A stretch of 64,000 nt of DNA from Paraspadella gotoi (GCA_051294375.1 CM119270.1:3898301-3962300); one strand, 5' to 3'. Positions 1 to 13,982 are shown, counted from the first letter of the stretch. Notes: generated by a model not told the origin, from the sequence alone. Made by a program: numbers and translations.

Positions 1-2657
1 GTAATTTCGAGTTCGAATTACAATATAGTAGAATTTAAATATTCATTTAAATTATAATAATAGAAAGCAGAATGATATTTTAATATTGTTTTAACATTAT
101 ACATTGGATTGCTGATCATGTTGTTGAATACAATAACTAATATAAAGCTAAACGAATGAACGATGTATTCAGTACTAGAGATTGATCCTATGTCTTCTTC
201 TTCGCCTCTCCCATGTCCTTACTCCTCTGTTAACACTTTCCATTATTTTCTCTCCCATGTCCCATGTCCCTTGTCCCTTGTCCCTCGCAATAAAAAGTCG
301 TCTGCCTTCTTAGTTTCGTCTCATTGTTTACTTTTTTCTTTTTTTTTCTTTTCCTCTTCTGCTTATGAATAATTCTCTTTTACTTACAAGCAATTATGAT
401 AATTTCGCTCCTTTAGTTCTCGTTCCTTAGTAGTGGGGTTGGGGTTCTGTCTCTCTCTCTCTCCCTTCCTCTCACTCTCTCCTCTCTCTCTCCTTCTCTC
501 TCTCTCTCTAGACACTCTATTCTGGCTCGCCAAAAAAATATCAACACAAACTGCCAAGGAAGCCTCACCCCTACAACCTCTCTCTCCTCTCTCCTCTCCC
601 TTCCTCCTCTCCTCCTCTCCTACACCTTCTCTTCTCTGCTCCTCGTTTGCTCGCTCGGACCGGGATAGCGCCTAATTATTAGAACAGCATCCCTAAACGG
701 CAATTAGGCTCGCTTTCAGCCGAAACAAACATAAAAAAAAAAAAGAGTAAACGTTGCCAATCGCAATCCACTTCAATATCCATCGTAACTTCCAATCGCC
801 TCGGGCAAAATAACGCTTTCGTCTCCGTCTCTATCGTCGTCCGTCGTTTTCAGGCCAAAACTCGAAATTCGAGCAAATTCGCGAAAACTGAAACTCGCCT
901 CTAATCTTGTGCAGTCATATGTACTTAAAAAAAACTAATTTAAACAAATTAGAGAAAGCCTCATACATCATACCCTAACCCTAACGAAGTTAATTTAGTG
1001 AAATCTCACTCATTCACGGGAAAATTTACTGCAACTAAACATTTAAATAAAATATATTTTCGTCTCTCCTTTATATAATAAATCGTTTCCGGTTTTAAAA
1101 TTCTGCAAAATGTTTTTCAGGCGTTTATCCAAATCTCTCTCTCTCNNNNNNNNNNNNNNNNNNNNNNNNNNNNNNNNNNNNNNNNNNNNNNNNNNNNNNN
1201 NNNNNNNNNNNNNNNNNNNNNNNNNNNNNNNNNNNNNNNNNNNNNNNNNNNNNNNNNNNNNNNNNNNCTCGGTTTCGCCTCAACCGCATATAAAATCCCG
1301 AGTAAGTTCGGCCCTTTGAGACTCACCCGCCCACAAAGACCCCGAAATTAAAAACCAACACTGGGGCGAAGGAGGGGGGAGAGAGAGGGGGGGCGGNNNN
1401 NNNNNNNNNNNNNNNNNNNNNNNNNNNNNNNNNNNNNNNNNNNNNNNNNNNNNNNNNNNNNNNNNNNNNNNNNNNNNNNNNNNNNNNNNNNNNNNNNNNN
1501 NNNNNNNNNNNNNNNNNNNNNNNNNNNNNNNNNNNNNNNNNNNNNNNNNNNNNNNNNNNNNNNNNNNNNNNNNNNNNNNNNNNNNNNNNNNNNNNNNNNN
1601 NNNNNNNTTCCCGCCGTTTAACTTCTTCCCGCCGTTTAACTTCTTCCATCGTTTTAGGGTCCCCGGTTATTCAGAGTCTGACCGTTCTTTTGTTCTTGAT
1701 TTTAATGCTGGTTGTATTTTATTGTATTGTATTATATTTTAATGAATTGCGTTCCATTGCAAAGTGCCTGTTTATAATTTCATGGATTGTATTGTATTAT
1801 ATTTCATCCTCGTGTATTCTATTGCAAAGTTCCTGAAGACCTTTTGTTTTTTAATTGAATGGATTGTATTGTATTGTATTTTACTTCATTGTACTGCCTT
1901 CTATTGCCAAATACCTGACCGTCTTTTTCTTTTAATAATAATTCTGTTTGTAACTTTGTATTCTATTTTATAATATTGTGTCATATTTTAATGTAGTTTA
2001 TTTTAAAGCGCGTGACCGTCTTGTGCCCTGAATTGTAATTTTGTTTGCATTGTACTTGTATTGTCTGATTAATACTAATATCAATTTCTTATAGAAATCG
2101 TTCTTAATTTCGTTCATAATTTAATTTTTCCCCTCAATAAAAAATCACACTTTAAAAAAAAATAATATTTTTTTTCAGCTATACTTTTCCCTCCCATTTT
2201 CTAACCACTTTATTCCATATCCATTAATCTTCTAAGTCGTCTTCATTCTTCTTTATCGATTCCATCATCTTTTACGGCTTCTTTTTCTTTTCTGTTTTTT
2301 TTTATCCTTTTTTTCTTTTCATTCTTTCATTTTTCTTTATATCCTTTTTACTTTCATTTATCATTCATGATATCGAAAGAGTTACAATCCCCTTTCATAC
2401 TAAAAAAAAACCGACGTCAAATGCCACCCCTCTTTCAAACATTCGATTTTAAATCACCTTTTTTATCATTTTGATTTTTTTAATGTTTAACTTCAATTTC
2501 ACACTTGTTTTCCCTTATTTTGCTATTTTCAGTAACAAAAGTTAGAAAACTAAGGATCCCCGCTTTAAGTTTCTTTTTCATGTTTGGAATCCCTTTTTCA
2601 CCCTTCTTTGCCACTTGAATCCTTTTTCAAAATCTACGTATTAGCTCATACATCTAT

Positions 2658-2694
<37 letters not shown>

Positions 2695-3652
2695 CTCTCT
2701 CCTCTCTCTCTCTCCTCTCTCTCTTCCTCTCTCTCTCTCTCTCTCGTTTCTCTCTCTCTCTCTTCTCACTCTTCCTCCTTCCCCTTCTTAAACATTCTGT
2801 CCATTTTTAGCTGCCATTTTTTCCGTCCATTTCTTTCCAGCCATTTTATCGTCGGCTCAATGGAAAGTCAGCAGACGACGTGATTCCACTTTCAAATTTT
2901 TTTTTCAGCCAAAGAAAAGTCACCTACTTTTTTCAATGTTGAAATTTATGAAAAAAGACTTTTCGGTTAAGTTAACTTAAGTTAGGAAAAGTTGGTCTAG
3001 ATTAAAAGTAGAATGTGTACGAGAGTGAGGTTATGTGAAAAGAACGTAAAGAAAAAGTAAAAAAAGTTAGATTAGAATCATTTGATTGAGTTGCACGTCC
3101 TTTCTGTCCCTCTTTATTTTCACCGTATATTAAAAATATGTACAACCAATGTCAATATATATTATTCTTTAATTTAATAAAAATATACGTATGTTCTCGA
3201 TAATTCACGCTGGTTGACGACGCTTTTTGAAAATATTTTTTTCCGGCTGAGGTAAGTTGAAAAAAAAATGGAGCAAAAAGAAATAATTCTTTTCATTCGC
3301 CTTTTGAAACTTTTCGAGAATATGGGGCATTTTTATAAATGGTAATGGGCGGAATAGGGGAAGGGGCGAGAAGGTGAGTTAAGTTGAAACGAGGGGGAAA
3401 TTCATAATGTTTTTTTTGCTTTTACTTTTTTTGACCATTTCATTATCCATTATTCATTTTCCATTATATTTCTCTAGCATACCAGAAAGGGCACTTTCAT
3501 TCAATCTNNNNNNNNNNNNNNNNNNNNNNNNNTGCTCTCACTCGCTGTTTTTCTTTTTTGCCATTCCCACTCACCTTTTTCTCTCACTCTTCTCCTCTCC
3601 TCTCTCTCTCTCTCTGCTCTCTCTCTCTCTCATCTCTCTCTCTCTCTCTCGT

Positions 3653-3686
<34 letters not shown>

Positions 3687-3689
3687 AAT

Positions 3690-4240
3690 CCCACTCAGCC
3701 GCCTTTCGCAAGCCAACAAAGTCTCAAACAAGCCTCAAAGCCTCACGAGGGCTCACGAATCCATATTCGCGGAGCAGTATATTGAAAAAAAAGGAGAATA
3801 AAGAAAGGAAAGAGAAAGACGGAAAAAAAGAAAAAGGAGAAGAAAAGAAAGAAAAGAAAGAGAAAAATATGATAGAATGCGACAAGATCGTGGTTAATCC
3901 AAATTCTAATCGTGTGTCGCCGCGCAGTGACGATTACTATATTTTCTCTGTCTCCTACTCCTTTTCCGCATTTCATTTTATTTCTCTTGTCTGAGCCATA
4001 ACATTTTGAATCCTATCCCTCTGTATATATTCATACAGTGTATTGCTGGGTGACTATTGTACGAGAGGCGAGCTTAGCGTGATACAATATGTATCTACTA
4101 AAATTATGCTATTCTTTATATGTGGTTCAGCATGGCATGAAATTACAGGTATGCACACGCACGCCGACCGCGATATCTATCTTTTATTCCTTTATAGATT
4201 CCTTGAAGGCGCGCCGGCTAGCCAGTCACTTAAATTTGAA
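3690..4240 (-). mobile_element. Noisy partial duplicate of the HINE-like element at 4810-5362
   Basis: 3690-3935 matches 4810-5030 and 4155-4240 matches 5138-5215, both with many small indels. Confidence 0.6.
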
Positions 4241-4809
4241 GGGGAAGGTCCCTTCTACTATGTGATGGATTATCGCTCTCTCTGTCTACTTCCGTCAATC
4301 ACTCTATGCTACGTCAATCTCTCTATAAATGGCCTCTGCTCTACTCTTCTCTCTCTACTCTCTCTACTCTCTCTGCAGTTCTCTTCTCTCTCTCATCGTG
4401 CTCTTACTGTGCGCATCTCTCAGTTTGTTTTACACAGTCGAACAGCAAACACAGACTCATACTTGATACCGATAGCGATCTCAACGGAAAGAGGTGACTC
4501 TTTATTTAGGGATTTGCTATACTCCTCGCGGAGAGGTGATGAGCGAGTTTCGTACGAAGCGGCATACAGCATGAGCTTTATTAAGCAAAACTGTCGGACA
4601 TCCAAAGTACGAGAGACGTGACAACAAACACCCATATATAGTTAGTGATAAAGATAAATAGGTATTATTATAAGAGTACTCTCCATATATAGAAGAATGA
4701 ACAAATATGCAAATAATAGTAACATTGAAACAAGATACAGATATGCTCCACAGAATAATGGATAGAGAGTGCGAGCATATACATAGCTACATCTCTCTTC
4801 TCCCTCCTT

Positions 4810-5362
4810 GTCCACTCACCGCTTCGCAGCCACAAAGTCTCACACAACCTCAAAGCCTCACGAGCTCACGAATCCATATTCGCGGAGCAGATATTGAAAA
4901 AAAAAGGAAGATAAAAGAAAGAAAAGAAAGAGAAAAAAAAGGAAGAGAAAAGAAAGAAAAGAAAGAGAAAAATATGAAGAATGGACCAAGATCGGTTAAT
5001 CCAAATTCCAATGTGTTGCGCCGCAGTGACTTTATTTTCACGTATATTTTTCGTGACATGACATGACGTAACATGACATAACGTGACATGACATCACTAC
5101 ATGACTACAAAAACTTTCTTAGACTGAGTATTTATGACACGCACTGCACCGGATATCTATCTTTTATTCTTTATAGATTTCCTGAAGGCGGCGCTAGCAG
5201 TCACTTAAATTTGAGTAATGAGGAATGAATCTTAACAAATGAGCAAATAGGCGAGTTATGAGCATTTTAATGTAAGTGGGACAGACCGACGAACAGACAT
5301 ACCGACAGACAGACAGAAAAGTGACTTATAGAGTTGCTCCGCGAGTATTCGCGGCGCAACTA
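4810..5362 (-). mobile_element. Non-autonomous Helentron/HINE-like (DINE-1/pearl-type) element, most complete copy
   Basis: Terminal hairpin AGTTGCTCCGCGA-GTAT-TCGCGGCGCAACT at 5332-5361 next to an (ACAG/CCGA)n microsatellite. TCGCGGAGCA at 4880-4889 is inverted relative to 5335-5344. Internal (CATGA)n. Homologous to copies at 3.7, 24.7, 34.5 and 47.5 kb. Confidence 0.65.
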
Positions 5363-6065
5363 TAAATAACAGAGAAACGAAAAGGAATAAAGGGAAAAAA
5401 AGATAAAGAATAAAAGGAGATAAGAGAATCTCCTAAAAGTGAAAAAGCAAAAAAGTATATAAAACAAGAAAGAAGTCCGAAAGAGGGGGCGAGAAACAAT
5501 CTAAAAACAAAAGGCGAAGTTTGCTCTCTTTATTAGTACTAGAAGTTAAAAAAAAATATTGTTTTTGTAAATGGCTTTTTTTGGCTCCTGCAATGTTCAT
5601 TAATTTAAATTAAAAAAAATATGACTTAATTTTGTTTTGTCTATCTCTTGTCTATTGTCAAATGTTTTTTTAAACTGCTTAGTGCTTTTAAAGACAATAA
5701 ATTATAAAAACTCAGATGCATAATGCGATAAGATTAAACAAAAGGGAGAAACAATTAAAAACAGACAGCGATTGCGCTGGTTTATTTTTTTTCTTTTTTT
5801 TTTTTCTTTCCTTTTTATGAAGGACTCTTTATTTCCTGTAATTTCCATTTCATCTCAAATTGCTCTCTTTGTCACCAGGGAGAATGGGAATAGCTCTTTT
5901 GCCTGTCTCTCTCCTCTCATCCAACTCTCTTATCTCTCTTCTCTCTCTCCCTCTCTCTCTTCCTCTCTTCTCTCTATCCTCTCTCTCTCTGTCCCTCTCT
6001 CTCTCCTATCTCTCTGTCCCTCTCTCGTCTCTCTCTCTCTCTCTCTCTCTCCTCTCTCCTCTCTC

Positions 6066-6096
<31 letters not shown>

Positions 6097-6130
6097 CCAC
6101 TCCCCCAACCCCACCCCCCCATCCCCTCAC

Positions 6131-6660
6131 CTTTCTTTCCCCTCTTCACTCCGGCACCATATTCCTCCTCCTCCTCCTCCTTCTCTCACGTTCACCGACG
6201 TCATCGTCAGCGTCATCATCGTCACGCAGGTGAGGATCAAGAGTCCCAGCGCCGCGCGAGGGCGCTGCACTATCGACGCCCACCTCATGGCGCCGCTGGC
6301 TCCGACGCTCCCGGCGCCGACAACGCCGCAGGACGGGCGCCAATCGAAAACGAGTCCGGCGCCGCAACGACTTCTCGCGTTGGCGCCGCCGCTGGAAGAG
6401 GCGTTGCCGGCCCAACGCCGACCACCGCGCGACGCTCGAGGGCGCTGCTGGTGGTAAATGTCGAAGGCGGCGTCGTTGGCGAAACCGACGAGTCGATCGA
6501 CGCCGGAATCGGACGACGTTAGCGCCGCGTAGCGTCCGGGATTTAAACCGGAAGTGGCGCAGCCGAGGGTGACGTTTTCGGCGGACGTCGCGACGTCGAC
6601 GTCTTCGTCGGCGTCGAGAAGAAAAGTTTTCGACGATCGAGATTCGAAATACGACGCCAT
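6131..6660 (-). CDS. Candidate first coding exon of a type II membrane protein (long N-terminal tail, then one hydrophobic segment); family not identifiable
   Basis: GC-rich non-repetitive island. The start is in good context (aagATGGcg at 6660). The frame MASYFESRSSKTFLLD...AALGLLILTCVTMMTLTMTSVNV...EEGKE stays open to a strong donor AAG|GTGAGG at 6131/6130. Pyrimidine tract and CAG acceptors lie just upstream at about 6667-6700. Confidence 0.55.
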
Positions 6661-6881
6661 CTTTGGCTGAAGGACATCTGACGGCGCGAGAGAGAAAAAA
6701 ATGGCGACAAGAAAAAAACAAGAGTCAAAAAAAGAGTCGTTGCTCTTCTTTATGGTTTTTTGTTTTGTTTTTATATTTTTTATTCTTTTAATTTCGATGC
6801 GTTGGCACGAGAGTGAGAGAGGGCGCTCGGTGGGGATGAGTCTCTTGTTTTTGTTTTTTTTTATTTTCTGTCAGCTCTCTT

Positions 6882-7228
<347 letters not shown>

Positions 7229-7821
7229 CTGTTGAAACCAAAAAAAAAAAGGGAAAACATTGAAAGTTGGCGAGAATTTCGAATTCAAACGCATTTTTGA
7301 CTTTTTTTTATTATTAAAGAAGATATTTTAAAAATCGTAATGAAGACATAGAAAATGCGCCAGGGATTTGAGAAAAAAAAATAATCGTAGAAAGATTTTA
7401 AAATAAATACAGACAAATAAAAAGAAGAATTGGAATTTAATAGAAATAATGGGAAAAAAGTGAATAGAAATAATTCCAGGGGAAAAAAAAATATTAAAAA
7501 AAAAAAANNNNNNNNNNNNNNNNNNNNNNNNNNNNNNNNNNNNNNNNNNNNNNNNNNNNNNNNNNNNNNNNNNNNNNNNNNNNNNNNNNNNNNNNNNNNN
7601 NNNNNNNNNNATAAAAAACTTGTATTTTTTTTTAGTTCGGATTTGAAAAATGATTTATATTCATCCGCGTTTATCTTTTTCTGTTTTCGTATTTTCGCTT
7701 TTCAACTTTAGCGCCTCCTTTTTTTACCAGCCAAGTGTTTGGCCTCTTCCCTTCGATGCCAACTTTTCCCCAATTGGATTTCGCCCATATATTATTCCAC
7801 TATAAAAAGGTTCCAACCGAC

Positions 7822-8000
7822 GGTAGTTCTTTTCCGAAAGCACCCCCCTTTTCGGCTTAAATTTAGAATTATGTAAGTTTGATTTTTGGGTTAGGGATTA
7901 GGATTCTATTAAGCATTTGAAAAAAATTGATATCTGTATTATCTGGGTTCACGTTCAGGGAAAGCAGAACAGAAATGCGGCGTTTTCGAAAAACAATACC
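7822..8000. mobile_element. MITE family A: imperfect TIRs of about 27 bp, telomere-like interior
   Basis: Left end GGTAGTTCTTTTCCGAAAGCACCCC; right end reverse complement GGTATTGTTTTTCGAAAACGCCGCATT; interior GGGTTAGGGATTAGG. Confidence 0.5.
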
Positions 8001-11000
8001 CACTTTTCAACCCCTCCGAATGGTCCACCTTACTTTCCCATATCTAAACGNNNNNNNNNNNNNNNNNNNNNNNNNNNNNNNNNNNNNNNNNNNNNNNNNN
8101 NNNNNNNNNNNNNNNNNNNNNNNNNNNNNNNNNNNNNNNNNNNNNNNNNNNNNNNNNNNNNNNNNNNNNNNNNNNNNNNNNNNNNNNNNNNNNNNNNNNN
8201 NNNNNNNNNNNNNNNNNNNNNNNNNNNNNNNNNNNNNNNNNNNNNNNNNNNNNNNNNNNNNNNNNNNNNNNNNNNNNNNNNNNNNNNNNNNNNNNNNNNN
8301 NNNNNNNNNNNNNNNNNNNNNAGAGAGAGCGTACGAATAAAAACTACGTAAAAAACTACGAGGCGTAAAAGATTTTATAATCGTTCTTCTCCCGTTGAGA
8401 TTTAAGCGAGATTGAAAAGTTTTCATATCTCGAGTATTTTTCGGTTGTCAATTATTAATCGTTATCAATTTACTAATTTTTGGGGTCTAAATTTGGTTTT
8501 TTCGAAAAAATCGATTAATTAGCGAAAGTAAAAGAAGAAAAAAGATAAGAGAGAAATGAAGGGAAAAAAAAGGCGAAAGTTGAAAACGAGTTTGAGGATA
8601 ATAATTAAGAAAATATTTTACGAGAGATAGAAACATGATAAGGAGTTTAAGAGCGGGTTAATAAAGGATGTTAATTTAGGTTTTAGATCTCGAAGTCTCG
8701 AAGTAGAACAAAAGAAAAATAAGGATAGAAAGATAGAAAGAAAGAAAAACANNNNNNNNNNNNNNNNNNNNNNNNNNNNNNNNNNNNNNNNNNNNNNNNN
8801 NNNNNNNNNNNNNNNNNNNNNNNNNNNNNNNNNNNNNNNNNNNNNNNNNNNNNNNNNNNNNNNNNNNNNNNNNNNNNNNNNNNNNNNNNNNNNNNNNNNN
8901 NNNNNNNNNNNNNNNNNNNNNNNNNNNNNNNNNNNNNNNNNNNNNNNNNNNNNNNNNNNNNNNNNNNNNNNNNNNNNNNNNNNNNNNNNNNGAAAAAAGT
9001 GAAAAACGAAGACGATGGATTTTCACGCAACATTTAACACAGGAATCGTCGACGGTGGCGTCATCGTCGTCGTCGTNNNNNNNNNNNNNNNNNNCGTCGT
9101 CGTCGTCGTCATCGTCATCGTCGTCGTCGCTGTCGTTCGTTGATAAAATTGTCCCCCGTCTCGGACGAAGGAGTCCGCACTAAGGAGTGGTGATAGTGGA
9201 GTGGGTAGTTGTGGATATGATGTGGACGTGTGGTTATCGTCAAGCGTGGATCTTTGGCTAAAAATAGCGCAGTAGTTGCTTGGCAAGATGTAAGGGCGAT
9301 AAACTGATTGAGTCCAGCAAACTGACAGAGTAAGTTAGCAAGCTGACTCAGTGGAGCAAGCAAGCGAAGTATCGCGACTAATTTCGTGTAGACGTCAGGA
9401 CAAAGTTTTGTTATTGTTGTTGTTATTATTATTTTTGTTGTTGTTGTTTTTGTTTCGATTAACAAAATTTCGCTAAAATGGACGGACATATGGACGGATA
9501 ATGTCACGAGGCGAAAACTATTTTCCATGTCGAATGATTTATCTTATATAAAAGGCGAATGGACGGAGAAACCCGGATATTCTGTCCGGATAAACATCAA
9601 CNNNNNNNNNNNNNNNNNNNNNNNNNNNNNNNNNNNNNNNNNNNNNNNNNNNNNNNNNNNNNNNNNNNNNNNNNNNNNNNNNNNNNNNNNNNNNNNNNNN
9701 NNNNNNNNNNNNNNNNNNNNNNNNNNNNNNNNNNNNNNNNNNNNNNNNNNNNNNNNNNNNNNNNNNNNNNNNNNNNNNNNNNNNNNNNNNNNNNNNNNNN
9801 NNNNNNNNNNTAAAAAAAAAAGGAAGAAAAAGATTTAAAAAAGCGAATTTTATGAAAGACGAAACTTTGCATGACATTTTTGTCGTTTAGTTTTCGTGCA
9901 GTTTTGTCTTTTTTTTTATCGTAATCGGTTTTGTATTTTTTTATTTTATTTTTGACAATTTCTCTGTCGAGATTTCCATGTCGTCGTGTCATGTTTTCCT
10001 TGTCGACCTTTGGGTGAAAAAAATAAAATCCTTTTCGAGAAACAAAAAAGATAAGAAAATAATAAAAAGAAGAAGAGAGAAAAACTAATAAAATAAGATA
10101 TAATCTTACAAGGAAGTAGTTTTTTTTTTTTTTCAAAAGAAAAATGTTATTAGAAGGGAGGGCCTTTTTCTCTCTTCGGAGTCGGAACGAAAAATCATTA
10201 GAAAAAAAGTAATAAAAAAACGAAGTTCATTTTTTTTTAGTCGAAAAGAAAAGAAAAAGAAAAATAATAAAAATTAGAGAAAAGTTAAATGAGATGATTT
10301 AAAGAAGTTCGAAATTTTTTAATCTCTTAAGTGAGAGATAAAGCGAGAGAGAAATAGATTATTTTCGCCTTTCTTCACTTTTGAAAAAAAAATTAGTGAG
10401 AAGAAAGGATGAAAAACAGAAATAATAATTACTATAACCCAGATATCAAATATATATGAATGATTTTTGAATTGGTTGATGTACCCAATTTCTAAGAACT
10501 TTCACTATTTAAAACGTAAAAATAAGTTTAGTGAGATAATATTTAATAATTCGCACTGAACGGATCCAACGTTATCCGCCAACAATGTTTTTTCGATTTT
10601 AAAAAGCAAAAAAAAAGCAAAGAAAATCAAGAATAAGAAAAAGGAGAAAAAAAGCAAAGAAAAGCAGAGTGAGAAAAAGGAAAACAAAGGAAAGGGTCTT
10701 TTCGCTTGGGCGAACGATAGAGAGGAAGTCGAGAAATGAATTGAAAGGTGAAGACAAAGCGGTGGACCGAATCATGAAGACCCTGAAGAAGGGCAAAGGT
10801 CTTCAGCATCATCAGGAAGTCGGCGTCGTTGGCGTTGTTGGCATCGTCGTTGGCGTCGTCGTCGTTGGCGTTGTTGGCATCGTCATTGGCGTCGTCGTCG
10901 TCGTTAAGACCTTTTATTCTTTGTCGTCATCATCGTCATCATCTTCGTCGTCGTCGTCGTCGTCATCATCGTCATCAACTTTCGTCGTTATGTTGTTTAT

Positions 11001-11689
11001 TTCTAAAATCTTTACAGACTGAGAGCGATTGTCTTCGTTGCTGTCTTCCTCTTTGTCCGCTTTTTTTAAAAAAATTAGTTTAAATTTTTCACTAACATTA
11101 CTTCTCTCAAGTCAGGCTCAATCGCATCGATAATACATCCAGCGCTTAAATTCCATCATTATTTTTCCTTATTCCTGTTTAATCAGCAATCTACATCATG
11201 AACGTCCTCTTCACTCCGCCCACGCACCCCTGACCCACGCTCAAGCGCCCACTTTGTCAAGATTTTCCCCATCACCCCGTTTAAGCGCCCACCCANNNNN
11301 NNNNNNNNNNNNNNNNNNNNNNNNNNNNNNNNNNNNNNNNNNNNNNNNNNNNNNNNNNNNNNNNNNNNNNNNNNNNNNNNNNNNNNNNNNNNNNNNNNNN
11401 NNNNNNNNNNNNNNNNNNNNNNNNNNNNNNNNNNNNNNNNNNNNNNNNNNNNNNNNNNNNNNNNNNNNNNNNNNNNNNNNNNNNNNNNNNNNNNNNNNNN
11501 NNNNNNNNNNNNNNNNNNNNNNNNNNNNNNNNNNNNNNNNNNNNNNNNNNNNNNNNNNNNNNNNNNNNNNNNNNNNNNNNNNNNNNNNNNNNNNNNNNNN
11601 NAAAATCGCTGCTTTGCTTTTTTTTTTTGAAGCGGAACGAAATTAGATTCGTGTCTTAAGATGAGAGAATTGGACTTCGTCTTAATATT

Positions 11690-11822
11690 AAGACTTGATA
11701 TTAATCTTAGACTTGGACCTGGTCTTAATATTAGACTTGGTATTAATCTTCGACTTGGACTTGGTCTTAATCTAAAACTTAAATTTAGTCTTAGACTTGG
11801 ACTAGGACATAGTTTTAAACTT
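11690..11822. repeat. Degenerate hexamer-period array (AGACTT/GGACTT/GGTCTT/AATCTT)
   Basis: Direct inspection shows 6-bp periodicity. Confidence 0.7.
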
Positions 11823-12055
11823 TCGTTCGTTCGCTCGTTCGTTTGTTCGTTCGCTCGATCGTTCTCATGTTTTTTTGAGATTGTGGTTTAATCTGGTTTA
11901 AACTATCAAAACAATTTGAGGTTTTTAAAAAAGAGATTAAAAAAAAAGAAACAAAGCAGGAAATCGGTTTTGCTAAAACATTTATTTATTTGACTTCTTC
12001 AGTCTTGTTCGAAATTCCTCCTTCAGGTTTTCAATCGACTTTTAAAGAACGAGAG

Positions 12056-12143
<88 letters not shown>

Positions 12144-13937
12144 TTTTGTGATTTCGTCTTCATGTGATGAGGATTTCTCTATGTTTAATGTTTATAGTTG
12201 TTTAGTAAAGCTGTCGTTATAAAACTAATGTTTATAAAAAATGACGATTAATAATTTAACGGTTTTTAGCCTAAAGCATAATTTCTGATGAGACCTTAAA
12301 ACGTTTCCATTTTGCATGGAAATTTTCTTCGTCGCGAACGAGAGTCTTTTGTTTTGTCTTTTGCTTCAAAAGTGAATCTCGATCTCGAGCGTCGATCGAA
12401 ACGAAGATTCACTCTCCATCGCAGTCGTCGTCGATTCGCACGTGAGACCTTCGAGTTCGAATTCACGGTGAATGGTGAGTGGTGAGTGGTGATTAGCGAT
12501 TAGTGAGGGAGTTACGGGTTCGAAAGAGTTCTCGTCGTAGTTCTTATTCATCATCGTGATCGTCGTTCGTCGTCATGTCAATGAATTAGTGAATGAATGA
12601 ATGAATGAATAAATGAATAAATGAATAAATGAATAAATGAATGAATGAATAAATGGATAATTAAATAGATGAATGTAAGAATAAATGAATGGATGAATAA
12701 ATAAATAATTTTTCAAACAATCCATTCTGAAAAGCCATATTTATTAAAATCGTCATTGTCGTCGTCTTCATCACCATCATCGTCGTCGTCGTCATCGTCT
12801 TTGTCCTTATCTCTATTCACAATCCACTTTCAAGGAGAAATAGAATTAGCGACTCGNNNNNNNNNNNNNNNNNNNNNNNNNNNNNNNNNNNNNNNNNNNN
12901 NNNNNNNNNNNNNNNNNNNNNNNNNNNNNNNNNNNNNNNNNNNNNNNNNNNNNNNNNNNNNNNNNNNNNNNNNNNNNNNNNNNNNNNNNNNNNNNNNNNN
13001 NNNNNNNNNNNNNNNNNNNNNNNNNNNNNNNNNNNNNNNNNNNNNNNNNNNNNNNNNNNNNNNNNNNNNNNNNNNNNNNNNNNNNNNNNNNNNNNNNNNN
13101 NNNNNNNNNNNNNNNNNNNNNNNNNNNNNNNNNNNNNNNNNNNNNNNNNNNNNNNNNNNNNNNNNNNNNNNNNNNNNNNNNNNNNNNNNNNNNNNNNNNN
13201 NNNNNNNNNNNNNNNNNNNNNNNNNNNNNNNNNNNNNNNNNNNNNNNNNNNNNNNNNNNNNNNNNNNNNNNNNNNNNNNNNNNNNNNNNNNNNNNNNNNN
13301 NNNNNNNNNNNNNNNNNNNNNNNNNNNNNNNNNNNNNNNNNNNNNNNNNNNNNNNNNNNNNNNNNNNNNNNNNNNNNNNNNNNNNNNNNNNNNNNNNNNN
13401 NNNNNNNNNNNNNNNNNNNNNNNNNNNNNNNNNNNNNNNNNNNNNNNNNNNNNNNNNNNNNTTTGTACTGATAATAACGGGCTGTAACCGATTAACAATT
13501 AAGAAAAATTAAATTAAAAAATTAAAATGTAACAAAGAAAATTGTTTTGATAACAGATTAAGGAAGGATGTTAGCGAAATGTAAATTTTATTAACAAGAA
13601 AGAAAAAGCTTGACAGATATTTATTTATTCCGAACTTCAATAACTTGCGCCTCGTCGCTGAGCGGGTTTGAGAATACAAGTACGAGGAATAAGGAAAAAA
13701 AAAAGATATTAATTTTTTTTTTTGCTCGAAGCTTAAAAAAAATATTACTACATCAGAGTCAATTAAAAACTCGTTAGTTCTTCTTCGTCGTTGAAGGAAA
13801 ATCGTTTCGTTTTGACTTTTCAAAAAAAAAAAAAAAATTCAAAGTTTAAAAAAAAAAAGAAACAAGTTTTTAAAAGTTAAAAAAATGAAAGGAACTAATG
13901 TCGAATTTAGAAGAGAAATGAAAGAAATATGAGGAGA

Positions 13938-13982
<45 letters not shown>

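Noticed and set aside
4043-4621. 192-aa ORF
   Set aside because: It overlaps a garbled repeat copy and CT-rich sequence, and has no recognisable motif.
12285-12310. CTGATGAGACC as another hammerhead core
   Set aside because: No complementary stem II strand or GAAA follows.
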